Below, piece after piece: positions 53,601-64,000 of a DNA stretch of 64,000 bases. Under the pieces are notes generated by a model, which saw nothing but the letters and a program-made list of their open reading frames with translations, did no database searches and was not told where the DNA came from. A program made the position numbers and the translations under genes. Location: positions 118,978,001 through 119,042,000 of the forward strand of contig OX597818.1 in assembly GCA_951406725.2 (NCBI GenBank). The letters are read 5' to 3'. Position 1 is the first letter of the stretch; every line of letters begins with the position of its first letter. The DNA is from Octopus vulgaris. Lineage: Eukaryota.

Positions 53601-54065
53601 CCTATTGGTTGAGCCAACACTGTCGATGTGCGCTTCAAGGACAGTGTTAAAGTCCCCTACTAGGATTACTGTTTTCGACGTCGCTAAAAAGGGCTCCAGG
53701 TTCCGGAAAAAACCCGTCTGTCTACCCTCGTTCGGGGCGTAGACAGCTACCAACCTGAAGGACTGTTTACTTACGTGAGTCACATCCAGGACAACCAGCC
53801 TGCCTTCTGGGTCCAGAAAGACAGTACTTACCTGCAAGTCCAAGCTCTTCCTGATGAAGACTGCCACGCCTCTGCCTCTTCCTCGGCTAGGAGAAATAAA
53901 TTTCTCGAAACCATTTAGAAGAGGCGAGAACGCTTGGGTCTCGCTCATCTTGGACTCGGTTGCAATAGCAATATCTACACTGTGTGTCGTGAGGTCGTTC
54001 AGGAAACAAATTTGTTTCCGTTTCGACCCCATTCCACGTACATTTATACAGCCCAGCTTAGCCAT
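50676..54065 (-). CDS. ORF2p: APE endonuclease, reverse transcriptase and C-terminal zinc finger (1129 aa), Tx1/L1 clade
   Basis: CINVRG, VYAPN, ILVGDFN, SYLDRIF, YSDH, GPGYWKLN, KSPGLDGLP, NYRPITLLN, LDQSKAFDRVDH, VRQGCPLSPLLY, YADD, GGLG, CPRC..ETVQHAFVHC. Uninterrupted. Confidence 0.95.
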   Translation of the reverse strand: MAKLGCINVRGMGSKRKQICFLNDLTTHSVDIAIATESKMSETQAFSPLLNGFEKFISPSRGRGRGVAVFIRKSLDLQVSTVFLDPEGRLVVLDVTHVSKQSFRLVAVYAPNEGRQTGFFRNLEPFLATSKTVILVGDFNTVLEAHIDSVGSTNRKGNPSLKGLLESFDLVDRYRLDEPSVPQWTWSNNDGSHRSYLDRIFIKKRDKDTFSCPQFHIVPYSDHKFVTCEVQLDKCHRQGPGYWKLNKAILNCEDFRTRIKVLVQRALCGTIINNRWWHALKRAIRLESVRFSNQLRIDRASLEGDLVKNLDEAMEAGSASGVLAARTVLYRHLNSKYEGCRVRAKLRAGKREGINVAVWARRVESKRGNRASIKSLTDEQGQKIYGQEEMQKFLHQHFARVFGGGGSLDRGRALKDFLAGGPRLAGREVECCEGAITPAEIKEILAGCAGEKSPGLDGLPYEFYQSMPDLFGGILAGVYTNWQQNGRIPSSVSRGVVTLIQKDPSKGDNISNYRPITLLNVELKILAKVLAKRLTVVVEKLVGRAQTCAIPGRSIQDNLHLIRYTLDRVGKLAGKGGVMVHLDQSKAFDRVDHGYLATVLEATGLGPEFRGWISAMYSGIKSTVQINGYLTEPFSIKCSVRQGCPLSPLLYVLALEPLLRKLERLGSNSDEIGGGRTVTAYADDVTLIVSKEAQLPCVEEVIRGYEAVAGAKVNKDKSVGLRLGTWRSKPISSSVVGHWTDGPVKLLGVWFGPDSQTEKNWSEVTSRVEAIVRTWSGRSLSLKGRAEVVQMFIASVITYRLTVVPCPDSWLNKLERILFRFLWKGGKPLVRRSVCCQEPLKGGLGMPWLMMRRHALRLRHLWHHLEGDKVWSPLAEGFFPRPASLVNFKPGYIKRWKLTPWQKECRQALTLIHKTGKAGCGNTTSVFYRGLVEVKNDDVLGGALGFDEDQLANLFKKTFRSGYLDNFQRSLAWQCYRNALPVREKLSRHGVQVPPTCPRCGLDDETVQHAFVHCRKLSDLISYAEHVLSHLGRVQLSAESMIKMIPPTGLSKEGEACFHCTVAVVKECMWRTRMEGAAIGSFISGPGLLTYFRYHLKSKMGLEKRTLPRGVYEKRWKEVERKVGVRNPA

Positions 54066-54093
54066 TGTGGGTGAGAGAAGGAAATGTATATAC

Positions 54094-55517
54094 TCACGGT
54101 TGCGAGAGGGAGCATGACAGTTTCAATCTGCCTGCTTCCCTTTCTTCCGTTGCTGCAGGGTTCTTGACCGGCGTTGCCACTGGGCTCTGGGTGGGTGTGG
54201 TTGCCGGGGTTATTGCCAGTTTACCCTCCATTACCTCCTTGGTTACATCTCTAATAAGACGGTTCCTCAGGTGTTCCTGAAGAACCTCCTCCTTCCACTC
54301 GTTCTCCCCTACCTTCGCGAAACGAGCGGTCGCCTTCCCATCTGAGGTTCTACTATACAGTGGAAATCTCGCGAGTTTGCAGCATTTGTAAACTTTTTCA
54401 TTTTTTTCATCAAAGGCTATAATTCTTTCGTTTTTCGATATGCACTTTTTGATGTCTTGTTTTATGGGGAGGGGTTTGGCAAACTGTTTTCCAATGAAAA
54501 CAGTGCCATGGGGGTAGGGTTGGGGGATTTGTTTAATGTGTGTGTCTGCTGTGTTTGTTGTTTTTTTCCTTGTTTGGGGAGGGGAGTCCTGGGTGTTCTC
54601 TTTTTTTTTTTGTGTGTGACTTGTGTGTAGTCCATTGGTTCTTTTGAATCCGTTTTCGTTTCCGTACTTGTCTTCTTCATTTGGTTGTTCTTGCTTGTTT
54701 CCTCCCCTTCAGTGACAGGTACACTTTGAGGAGGCGTTTCTTCTGTTCTTTTTTTCTTAATGCAGTTGGACCGGACGTGACCCTTCTCTCCACACTTGAA
54801 GCATCTGGGTCTACGTCCCTCCACCGACACTCTCATGGACGTGCCGTCCTCATTAAAAATTCTGTCAGGCAGGCTCTCCAAGATCTTGTTCTCTGCCTGT
54901 ACGAGGAGTTCCAAGGTCTGACCCTTCCAGCGTACCACTTCCTTCCTTCTCATTTGCAGAATTGAAATTTCCCGCTCCATGTTGTGTAGTACCGCCGCTG
55001 CCACCCACATGATGTCGTACCCTCTGGGTATGTCATCTACCACTAACTTTGCAGTTCGTTTCCCCATATACGAGGGTAACAACATGATGTCGTCGCTTTT
55101 TAAGGTTAACGACGACACCTCCTTCGCCACTTCTGCCGTGTCGAAGTGCACCTCTACCGTAGCACTACGTGCGCCTCTCGCGATGTGACGAATTCTGTCC
55201 CACACCGGGGACAGGCACTTCTCAACAATTTCGTTTTTCGCGTCCATAATCTTTTTTTCCTTAAAGCTATACACTTTATAAGTTACAATCCTTTCCTTGA
55301 TTTCTTGCACTTTCGCTTGCGGCGGTACCAGCCTTATCTCTCCTCCTTCCACCTTTACAAGATTCCTGTATTCATACAGCTGTTCGATCTTGAATTCGAC
55401 CTCTATCATAGCGCCGCCCACCGCGGCCGAGAATGACTGTTTGGTTACTGGGTTTTCCATGGTTTCACCTTTTCCCATCACGGGAAAATCGTCCTTCGAC
55501 GTTAAGTCGAACTCCAT
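54094..55517 (-). CDS. ORF1p (gag-like, CCHC zinc knuckle) with a -1 frameshift, most simply at the A11 run (54601-54611)
   Basis: ATG at 55517 (MEFDLT), SFSAAV, CFKCGEKGHVRSNC. Zero frame stops at 54462; the -1 frame stays open from the A run (ENTQDSPPQTRKK...LSCSLSQP*) to TGA at 54094-54096, 28 nt before the ORF2 ATG. Confidence 0.8.
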
Positions 55518-56481
55518 CACCTCAAAGGTAGCAAATTTCAAATAATACAAAATTTTCTGCCCCGTAGGGCGAAAATCACCGTTTCACAACGGGCACTGTT
55601 CAAAGCAGTTGGTACAAACAATAAATTCACAACTTCGACTCTCTTAAATGGGAGCAGCAATTTTCTCACAACGCAAACAGAAAAATAACGCAATTAACAG
55701 AAGCGGTACTCAGTAGAATCCTTAATGCTAGCTAATTAGCAAATAATCTAATGTAAAAGCCGTGCACACCTCCATCTGGACTATTCCATTTTTGCACTTA
55801 AATTTTATTTTTTTATTTATTCCCATTCATGTGAAACCACTGATTCAAGTTCAAGTCATTGATGCAATTTTATACCAATTGCTATATTTTTACTTCTGTT
55901 ATGTTACGATAATATTATACTTTAGTTTGATTTTAATTATTACTTACTACATATAATTCAATTGTTATTATTTTTGCTGTTAAAGTGAAAATATCTGACA
56001 TAAAATAGGGAAATATTTTTGTTTCACTTTTAACACGTAATACTGAAATAGTGGAGAAGATATGATATTGCTATGGGCTCGCTCTAGGCAAGAAGTTGAA
56101 CATTTGTTTTTTTCCCATGAAACTACATGGACCCTAAGTAAGGCAATGTGTAAAATTTGAATGAAATTGGTTGTGTAGTTCTCGAGTTTTAGGGAAACAC
56201 ACAGACAGACAGACAAACACACACACATTTTCAGTTTTATATATATAAAGATATAACGATGTGTGTGCGTGTGTGTGCATGTGCGTGCTTGTGCATCCTT
56301 GTGCAGATCTTCCCACCACCGCTTACCAAACGGTGTTGGTTGGTTTATGGCGACTCAAATAGTGGTGCGGCAAAAGTGTTCCATACAATAAGCACCAAGA
56401 TTTACAAATAAGTATTGGAATCGATTTGATCGATTGATGTCTTTCAAGGCGCCCCACCACCACCACCACACACACACAAAA

Positions 56482-56868
56482 TCACCATAGCTGCTTGCTT
56501 TCCAACCAAATGATTCGAGGTTCAATTCCACTTTGGCAACTTCGATACGTATCTTCTGTTATAGACTTGGGCTGACAAAAGTCTTGTGAGTGGATTTGGT
56601 CGACAGAAACTGAAAGAAGCCCACCATGTATATATATACATATATGTATAGGGCGTAAGAGCCTGTGTGTATGTGTATTCCGCAGCACTGCTTGACAACC
56701 GGTGTTGGTATGTTTATGTCTCCGTAACATTAGCGGTTCGGCAAAAGGCCCCGATATAATAAGTAGTAAGTTTTAAAAAATAAGTCTTGCAGTCGATACG
56801 TTTGACTAGAATCCTCCAAGGTGGTGCCACAGCATGGCCGCAAGAAAATCTCTAAAACAAGTAAAAGA
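56482..56868 (+). mobile_element. SINE family A, diverged copy
   Basis: CTTGTGAGTGGATTTGGTCGACAGAAACTGAAAGAAGCCC body; tail GGTGGTGCCACAGCATGGCCGCA. Confidence 0.75.
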
Positions 56869-57871
56869 TAAATAGATAAAAGATATACGTTGTGTGTGTA
56901 TGTGTCTGCGTGAGTGCATGTAAATGTGTGCGTGTATGTGTGTTCGTGTGTGTGTGTGCGTGTGTGCGTGTTTGTATGTGCGTGTGTATATGTGTGTGTG
57001 CGGGTGTGTATGTGAGTGCGAGTGCGTGTGTGCAAGTGTGTGTGTATGTGTGTGTTTGCGTGTGTGTATGTCTATGTTCGTGTGTGTGTATGTGTGCGAG
57101 CGTATATGTGCGTGTTTTTGTGCCTGTGTATGTGTGCCTCTGTGCGTGTGTATGTTTTTGTGTGTGTGCGTCTATGCACGTGTGTGCGTGTGTATGTGTA
57201 TATGCATATGTGTGTGTGAGAGAGAGTTTTTATGCAGGCATGTATGTATGTGTTTTTACGCTCATATTCATTTCCAAAATGTAGAGAAAAATCATTTCAA
57301 CGAAAAAGTATGATGCAAAATCACAGAACCATAAATGCCACCAGTGAAAGAATAATTGCAAGGAAAACATGAAAGTACTTCAGACAAAAATACAATTTCG
57401 TTTACATGCACAAATAAATGTAGGAAAAACGAAGCATAGTAGCAAATATTATTGGAAGTCATGCAAGGAAAACAGGACATGAGGTAAAGAATATATTATA
57501 ATACAAATATGTAAAATGAAAACTTAGTAAGGAACTATAGAAATAGTCAATAGTCACCATGTTGTTTATAGTAGTTCCAAAACATAATATTTCCGAATTA
57601 CTATCTAAAGCTTATTTGAACCCGTAAATCAGGATGATCAACATTCATAATACGTTTTGTCTCTTTACTCACATGAAATCATTTTATATTTCTTCATGCG
57701 TATATTAAACAAATATCGATTGCTAGATGTATTCTGAGAAGATTTCATAAGATTAAACAGACCCTAAAATGCAGTTAACAGTTTGAACTAATAATGCAGA
57801 GAAATGACTAAGGAAACGTTAAAAATCTTGTCCTTGCACTCTTTGTCATTGTCGTAGTTTTGAATAACACG

Positions 57872-57923
<52 letters not shown>

Positions 57924-57936
57924 ATATCTATCTCTT

Positions 57937-57996
<60 letters not shown>

Positions 57997-58183
57997 CTCG
58001 CCATGATAGATCGGTAGCCACTACACAAATTTTTTTCTCTCCTTGTTTCTTTCTGTGTTCCTTTCTGTGGAAGAGCGTAGGCTCGAAACGTAAAAGACTT
58101 TTACAATTCCCCAGCATTATACTAATACATCTCTTTGTTTTCTACACCACCTGTCTTCGTCTTTTGCTTTTTTCGTGAATTCT

Positions 58184-58187
<4 letters not shown>
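57997..58187 (+). mobile_element. ~190-bp element between (TA)n tracts carrying the variant hammerhead-like motif (58061-58096)
   Basis: CTTT-CTGTGGA-A-GAGC-GTAG-GCTC-GAAA-CG-TA-AAAG; flanks homologous to 49558-49695, 60830-60970 and 62440-62592. Confidence 0.7.
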
Positions 58188-58225
<38 letters not shown>

Positions 58226-58254
58226 TCATATATATATATATATATATATTTATA

Positions 58255-58311
<57 letters not shown>

Positions 58312-59183
58312 GTATATATATAATAATAATAAATATTAGGGAATAAATCCAAATTTACAGGGAAAAAATCAGATTTAGGATTAAATCCAATTTTATAGTA
58401 AAATATTATAAAATATTATTAGAGACAAAACCTAATAATATTTTATGTATATATATATATATATATATGTATACATATACATATATCCTCATCTATCTAT
58501 ATATACACACAATCGTAGACACAAGCACCCATATGTGTGTGTGTATGCGCGTATATATATATGTATACATATAAGTATTTATATATGTATGTATATACAG
58601 AGCGAAAGATATACCTTGTTAATTAATCTCTTGAGTTGTGTTGTATTTATGAAGATACATATGCATATAATGGATATTACGTGAACCTGTATATTGACAT
58701 AAGCTCATAAAATTACGTGTGTCTGTATGTGGTAAATGTATTTCTTAGTGTTGCAAGGTATGTATGTGAATATTACACATTTTCCACCGTTGATATCTGC
58801 ATAAGAAAACATTTAGCTAAATGCATTTCATTATATATTTATGTCTGTAAATGCAAAATTTATCTGTAGTAGTTATGGGGATATATTGCAAGAGCGCTAA
58901 TGCCGATTTGTCTTGCAAGTCTTATGGACATAACTTTCGAAGTAACATATTCTACAGTATAATGATTGAAGAATATAGAAGTTGACCGAGTGTCGCGTTT
59001 TCCAGTAGACTAGGTCTGTGAACATGCTTTACTTTGTTAAATATCTTCAGCTAAGCACATATTATTTCAAAATCTGAAACATTAGAAAGATACAAAGATA
59101 GAAATTTGTGTGGGAAAATTATATTAATCACACAAAAACTACTCCAAATTCACACACAGTTATACATACACACAGGCTCATAC

Positions 59184-59284
<101 letters not shown>

Positions 59285-59285
59285 C

Positions 59286-59441
59286 GAGAGGGATGATCAC
59301 TATGTGGACAACCCTTATGCTAGAAGTAGATCTGCTATGGCCTTACTACTAATACATTTTCTTGAGAACATTTCTTAGTGGTAAGGCCATAGCGGATCTT
59401 CTTCCTGCATAATGGATGTCCACTTGGTGGTCATCCCTCTC
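59286..59441. repeat. Imperfect inverted repeat (~67-bp arms) next to (TA)n
   Basis: GAGAGGGATGATCACTATGTGGACA...GCTATGGCCTTACTACTAA / TTAGTGGTAAGGCCATAGC...TGTCCACTTGGTGGTCATCCCTCTC. Confidence 0.88.
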
Positions 59442-60225
59442 ATATATATGCAATAACATTTTCTGAACCTTCAGATTTTAATATGCTAGACCACTGGTTT
59501 TAAGTTGATGTTAATCAAATTAATATTCAATTTTTCACCCTTATTTTAAATTTAAATATATATATATATTATAATTTAGGGTATCGAAGTTTTTTTTACT
59601 CTAGCCCCTGGCCGACCAAAGCTTTGTGGGGGGATTTCGTAGACGGAACCTGAAAGTTTGTGACTTTGGGTAAAAGAAAATGCACAAGGATCAATTAATT
59701 GTGATTTGATTTAACATATTCCCCACTCAGAGTCACACTTTTTGCAGCGGTACTTCAGTTTTTCTAAGACATGCGAAAAAAAAAATCGAAACGGTGCCCC
59801 TCCCCCAACAAGTCCTTTTACTATACCCGCCAAACCAGGAACGTTTCAGTACACCCTCATGTGTGTTTGTGTGTGTGTTTGTATCCTCATCATCGCTTCA
59901 CGACCTGCGTTGACTTTTTACATCTAGTGGTTTAGCGATTGTGTCAAAGTGAATAAGTGCCAGGCTTTGAGAAAAAGTACTGGCGTTGATTAGTGCCCTT
60001 GCATAGCCGCATATCAATAAGTAAAACAAATAATCGATAAGAGATATCCTTATTAGTGATTTACCTTTTATTTGAGACACTAATCTTCCTAAATCATCTG
60101 TTAATCCAATACCGTTTCAAGATAATGCCCCTCTCATCATCAGAATATAAGTGATGCAAATAATATGTAATTCGCTTGATTTGCGAGTGGAAATAATTCC
60201 AAAGATCTTTTACACTTTTACTCTT

Positions 60226-60425
60226 CTACTTGTTTCAGTCATTTGACTGTGGCCATGCTGGAGCACCGCCTTTAGTCGAACAAACCGACCCAGGGACTTA
60301 TTCTTTGTAAGCCTAGCACTTATTCTATCGATCACATTTTCCGAACAGCTAAGTGACGGAGACATAAACACACCAGCATCAGTTGTCAAACAATGCTAGA
60401 GGAACAAACACAGATACACAAACAT
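60226..60425 (-). mobile_element. SINE family A, 3' half
   Basis: TACTTGTTTCAGTCATTTGACTGTGGCCATGCTGGAGCACCGCC tail. Confidence 0.82.
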
Positions 60426-60432
60426 ACACACA

Positions 60433-60524
<92 letters not shown>

Positions 60525-61292
60525 CATATATACTACGGGCTGTAAAAAAATCATCCACGCTGGATTTAGAAAAAAAAAAGGGGTTAAATCTTTTACATTT
60601 CCTGAAGCTGTCTGTTTTTATGATTTTTTTTTTTAGTAACCAACCTATGTCTTGTCTGTATCATCTATTCTGGCTGTTTTTTGTTGTGACAATAACGTAT
60701 GTTATGATACTGCCGTTCATTGTGCTTTGTAGCGCTGGAAGTAAGTGTGATAGAAAATAATGAAGCTATGAATAGTTATTCGTAATTGAACCACCAAACG
60801 CAACAGGTTTCGTTTATTACATTCTCTTTCTCTTTATTTCTTCTAATTCTTTTCTTTCGAAGAGCGGGGGCTCGAAACGTAAAAGACATTTTCATTTTAT
60901 CCAAACGTCAACCTAATATATTTGCTTGTTTTCCACACACATGTTTTCGTCTTTTTTTTTATAAATTTGAAATATACATACATACAAAAGCACGTGTGTG
61001 TTAGGGTACGTATGTTACCATTTGTGCACGTATACATTTATATATCTTCCTGAGATATAAACAGTGCAATGAATATATGTATGTGTGCGCATATTACCAA
61101 TAAACTAGATATATTTTTATACGTATTCCAGAAAATTATAAGTAATATGTTCTTCAAGAAACAAAGCTACGTGTGTCAAGATATTTCTGTGTATCTGATA
61201 TGTAACACGAATGTAAAACAGATTACATAATATCTCAAAGATTTTATACGAATCTGTTCACCTTTTCTTTTATTTGTCCTTCTTTTACAAAG

Positions 61293-61436
61293 ACAGCCGA
61301 GAACAAGACACCACTTCTCAGACTCCAGTCTATCCACAACGGAAGCTGCAGCCGTACCGGTACCCAGAGTAATTTGATTGCGCTCACTGAACTAAACAAC
61401 ATGTCCCCTTTCATTGGAAGTGAAACTCGGAACTAG
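61293..61436 (+). CDS. Candidate terminal coding exon of an unidentified host gene
   Basis: Long pyrimidine tract 61261-61286 and AG, then open TAENKTPLLRLQSIHNGSCSRTGTQSNLIALTELNNMSPFIGSETRN*, followed by ~750 bp of unique UTR-like sequence. Confidence 0.35.
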   Translation, partial: TAENKTPLLRLQSIHNGSCSRTGTQSNLIALTELNNMSPFIGSETRN

Positions 61437-62272
61437 CGGTACTCCATTTGAAGCAGATGCATATAATTTGCGAAGAAATGCAGGAAAATGGCTAGCGTCT
61501 GTTTAATAAATGGTATTCGATCATAGTGGGAGTAAGCCCTACTGGATGATATTATCGTTTTTGATTTCCCTAATCAATCGAAAAGCGAGTCGAAATAGTT
61601 GAAGATATTTCAAGGATACTGGAGATGACAAGGGTGATCAACAGGTCTCACCAGGCCTCTAATGTGTGCATACTGTAAGAATTTTGGTAATTATCATTTT
61701 TCGACCCGTCGTGATCTGAGCCGCATAGACAATTGAAAATTTAATATTCAAATATTTACTGCAGCAACCAGGTTTAACTGACTCCCCAGTTCTGCTGGTC
61801 AGGAAGTGAAACTACGCCAGCTTCGGGAAGATCATGAGTCCATGGGATAGGTGGCCGTTGCCAGGTGGGAAACAATGAAAAAGAATTGTCAGCACCCTCA
61901 AAACCACACTCATTTCATGAATCCAATGCATATCTCAATTGCTACTTCTTAATCCTCAGCTAATTAAAATTCATTGTATCCGGTAAATTGAAGTCCAGCT
62001 AGAGACAACGCTCTTTATTAGATTCCTATTGTAGCAAACATGCACATTGTGTAGATTGCGCATAATTTGTTCAGACTTGAAAGGTTGATGTATCCAAATA
62101 TCACAATACAGGTGCTTCTTTGACAATCCACGAAACATAGATAAAAGCGGCTTACTTTTACAATGTCATTTAAACGTATAAAAATAATTATAAATTTTTA
62201 GATTAGACACAAACTTACATACCTAAATGCGTATACACACATATCACGCACACACACATGTACACATATATG

Positions 62273-62364
<92 letters not shown>

Positions 62365-62392
62365 GTGTGTGTATGTGTGTGTATGTGTGTGT

Positions 62393-62435
<43 letters not shown>

Positions 62436-62439
62436 TGTG

Positions 62440-62592
62440 GTGATAATTTGCAAAACAAACAAAAGATGAAGACGCGTGTGTTAACAACAAACAGATGTAT
62501 TAGTTTAAAGCTCCGGAAGTGATAAAGTGTTTTAGGTTTCGAGCCTACGCTCTTCGACAGAAAGGAACACAGAAATAAACAGGGAGAGAAAA
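62440..62592 (-). mobile_element. Short element with the variant hammerhead-like motif (copy 4)
   Basis: Reverse complement CTTT-CTGTCGA-A-GAGC-GTAG-GCTC-GAAA-CC-TA-AAAC. Confidence 0.65.
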
Positions 62593-62630
62593 TATATATA
62601 TATATATACATACACATACACGCACGCACG

Positions 62631-62719
<89 letters not shown>

Positions 62720-64000
62720 GCATATATATGGGTGTCTAAAACGCTGTACTCTATTGGTTCTTAGAATGTGAATAACATTAAAAACTTAGCAAACTAGTTT
62801 ATGCTACACAATCAGGTAGATGTGCGTGTACATCTACTTTTCAGAGTGTGAATGTTTGTGAGTGTATGTAAATGCGTCGGAACGTGTATGCGTGAAAGTG
62901 AGAGTCATTTTATTCGGATACCAAATGTAGCGTACGGAATTTAATTTACCTTAATACGAAATTAATAACAATTCTGGAACATTTTATGTGTAAATAATAT
63001 TCGGTAATTTTTCATTTTTTTTTTCTTCTATTATCCCTGTAACTCAATTATATTAACACTGTGTGATTGATCAAATTTCATTTCAATTGTCTTAGGCAAC
63101 TGTACGACGGCGCAGCACATCTTTGCACAGCGCAAAACGTGGAAATGTTATGAAGCGAAACCCTTGAAAATGTACAGAATGTAATGGTAAGTGTCTGTCC
63201 TAAATACTAACACTGATTTTAAGGTATGATTGCATTGCATCAATTTTTCTTTCTAAAACAAGTTAGTCATCAGATAACCTCACTAAGGTGGTGATCGAGC
63301 AGAATTCTTAGAACGTCGAATTTGCTTTACCATATTACTCTCAGAATTACTATTCTACTAACTTTGCCCTTCTCCCTTTCGATGCCATTACCAGTAATTC
63401 TGTGTGTGTGTTTGTGTGTGTGTGTGTGTATGTGTATGTGTGCATCTGCGTGTAGGCGTTCCTTCAGTGCTTGTACGCGCACGCGTAGGTCTGTGTTTGT
63501 GTGTGTTATGAAGCTAAACGGTCGATGGCATGGCAGAAGTGAAATACAGGTGTGAAACAAAGCAAGAGAGGCAAGGGAAGGTAATATGACTGAGTTAGAA
63601 AACCACTGTGTAGGAGTGTTTGTGTTTTTATGTGGGCGAATAAAAACCGCGGGAGAGTTCTGGAGGCTACATATGTATGAATGAAAGACAAAAGCTGGTG
63701 GAGTAATAGCGAAGTGCTTATGTGTGTATGTATGTGTGCGAAGAATGCATAGTGTGAGTATTTGCGTGTCCACATGACTATATGTGTAGGTATATGTGTG
63801 TAAGAGATATAAAATATAGTGTATATATGTGTGGGTAGGTGTTTATAACTGCTATTATTATTAATGAATGGAAGAATTTTTTTATAACTTCATCTAATGG
63901 ATCCTCGAATGCTTCAAATGAGAGAATGGCATATTTTTTTTTTTTTGTTTAAATTACCATTGTTTTGGAAAACATATTTACATTAGATATTTCATGAATT

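Larger units (their letters stand above)
50123..55782 (-). mobile_element. Probably full-length Tx1/L1-clade non-LTR retrotransposon (~5.66 kb)
   Basis: 5' UTR, zinc-knuckle ORF1, intact APE-RT-zinc finger ORF2 and ~550-nt 3' UTR. Imperfect flanking direct repeats ATTC-ATTTTTGGACTT (50107-50122) and ATTCCATTTTTGCACTT (55783-55799). Confidence 0.85.
49836..56251 (-). mobile_element. Non-autonomous Helitron (~740 bp) split by the Tx1-like insertion
   Basis: 5' A|TCTTTATATATATAAAACTG at 56251 with ACAG/AC repeats and GTGTAAAATTTGAATGAAATTGGTTG (compare 12593-12618). 3' hairpin GACCCG-GCAACGA-CGGGTC then CTAG|T at 49836. Confidence 0.68.

Noticed and set aside
54066-54097. GTGAGT donor-like site and pyrimidine tract in the ORF1-ORF2 spacer
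   Set aside because: No AG acceptor before the ORF2 ATG and far too short for an intron.
50566-55545. Short ORFs overlapping the Tx1 ORFs, and similar ones over the LINE and Dong ORFs
   Set aside because: Antisense or off-frame shadows of real retroelement coding sequence.

Overview
AT-rich, microsatellite-saturated animal genomic DNA. The SINE/LINE repertoire looks like octopus (coleoid cephalopod); that is inference from repeat families, not proof. Almost all ORFs in the track are (TA)n/(CA)n/(TAA)n artefacts. Real content: (1) the 3' 1.7 kb of an open CR1/L2-type LINE RT; (2) an intact, intron-containing elongator tRNA-Met(CAT) gene; (3) a decayed R4/Dong-type REL retrotransposon in a chain of three insertions into (TAA)n; (4) a probably full-length Tx1/L1-clade retrotransposon with an intact 1129-aa ORF2, nested in a non-autonomous Helitron; (5) many tRNA-derived SINEs, one family sharing a 3' stem-loop with the LINE; (6) several hammerhead-ribozyme-like motifs in Penelope-like or retrozyme-like short elements, including a tRNA-headed one and one closing a ~170-bp inverted repeat; (7) Tc1/mariner remnants and MITEs; (8) a tentative chain of phase-compatible + strand exons of an unidentified host gene. 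Repeat boundaries were read by eye and are approximate unless termini or TSDs are quoted.
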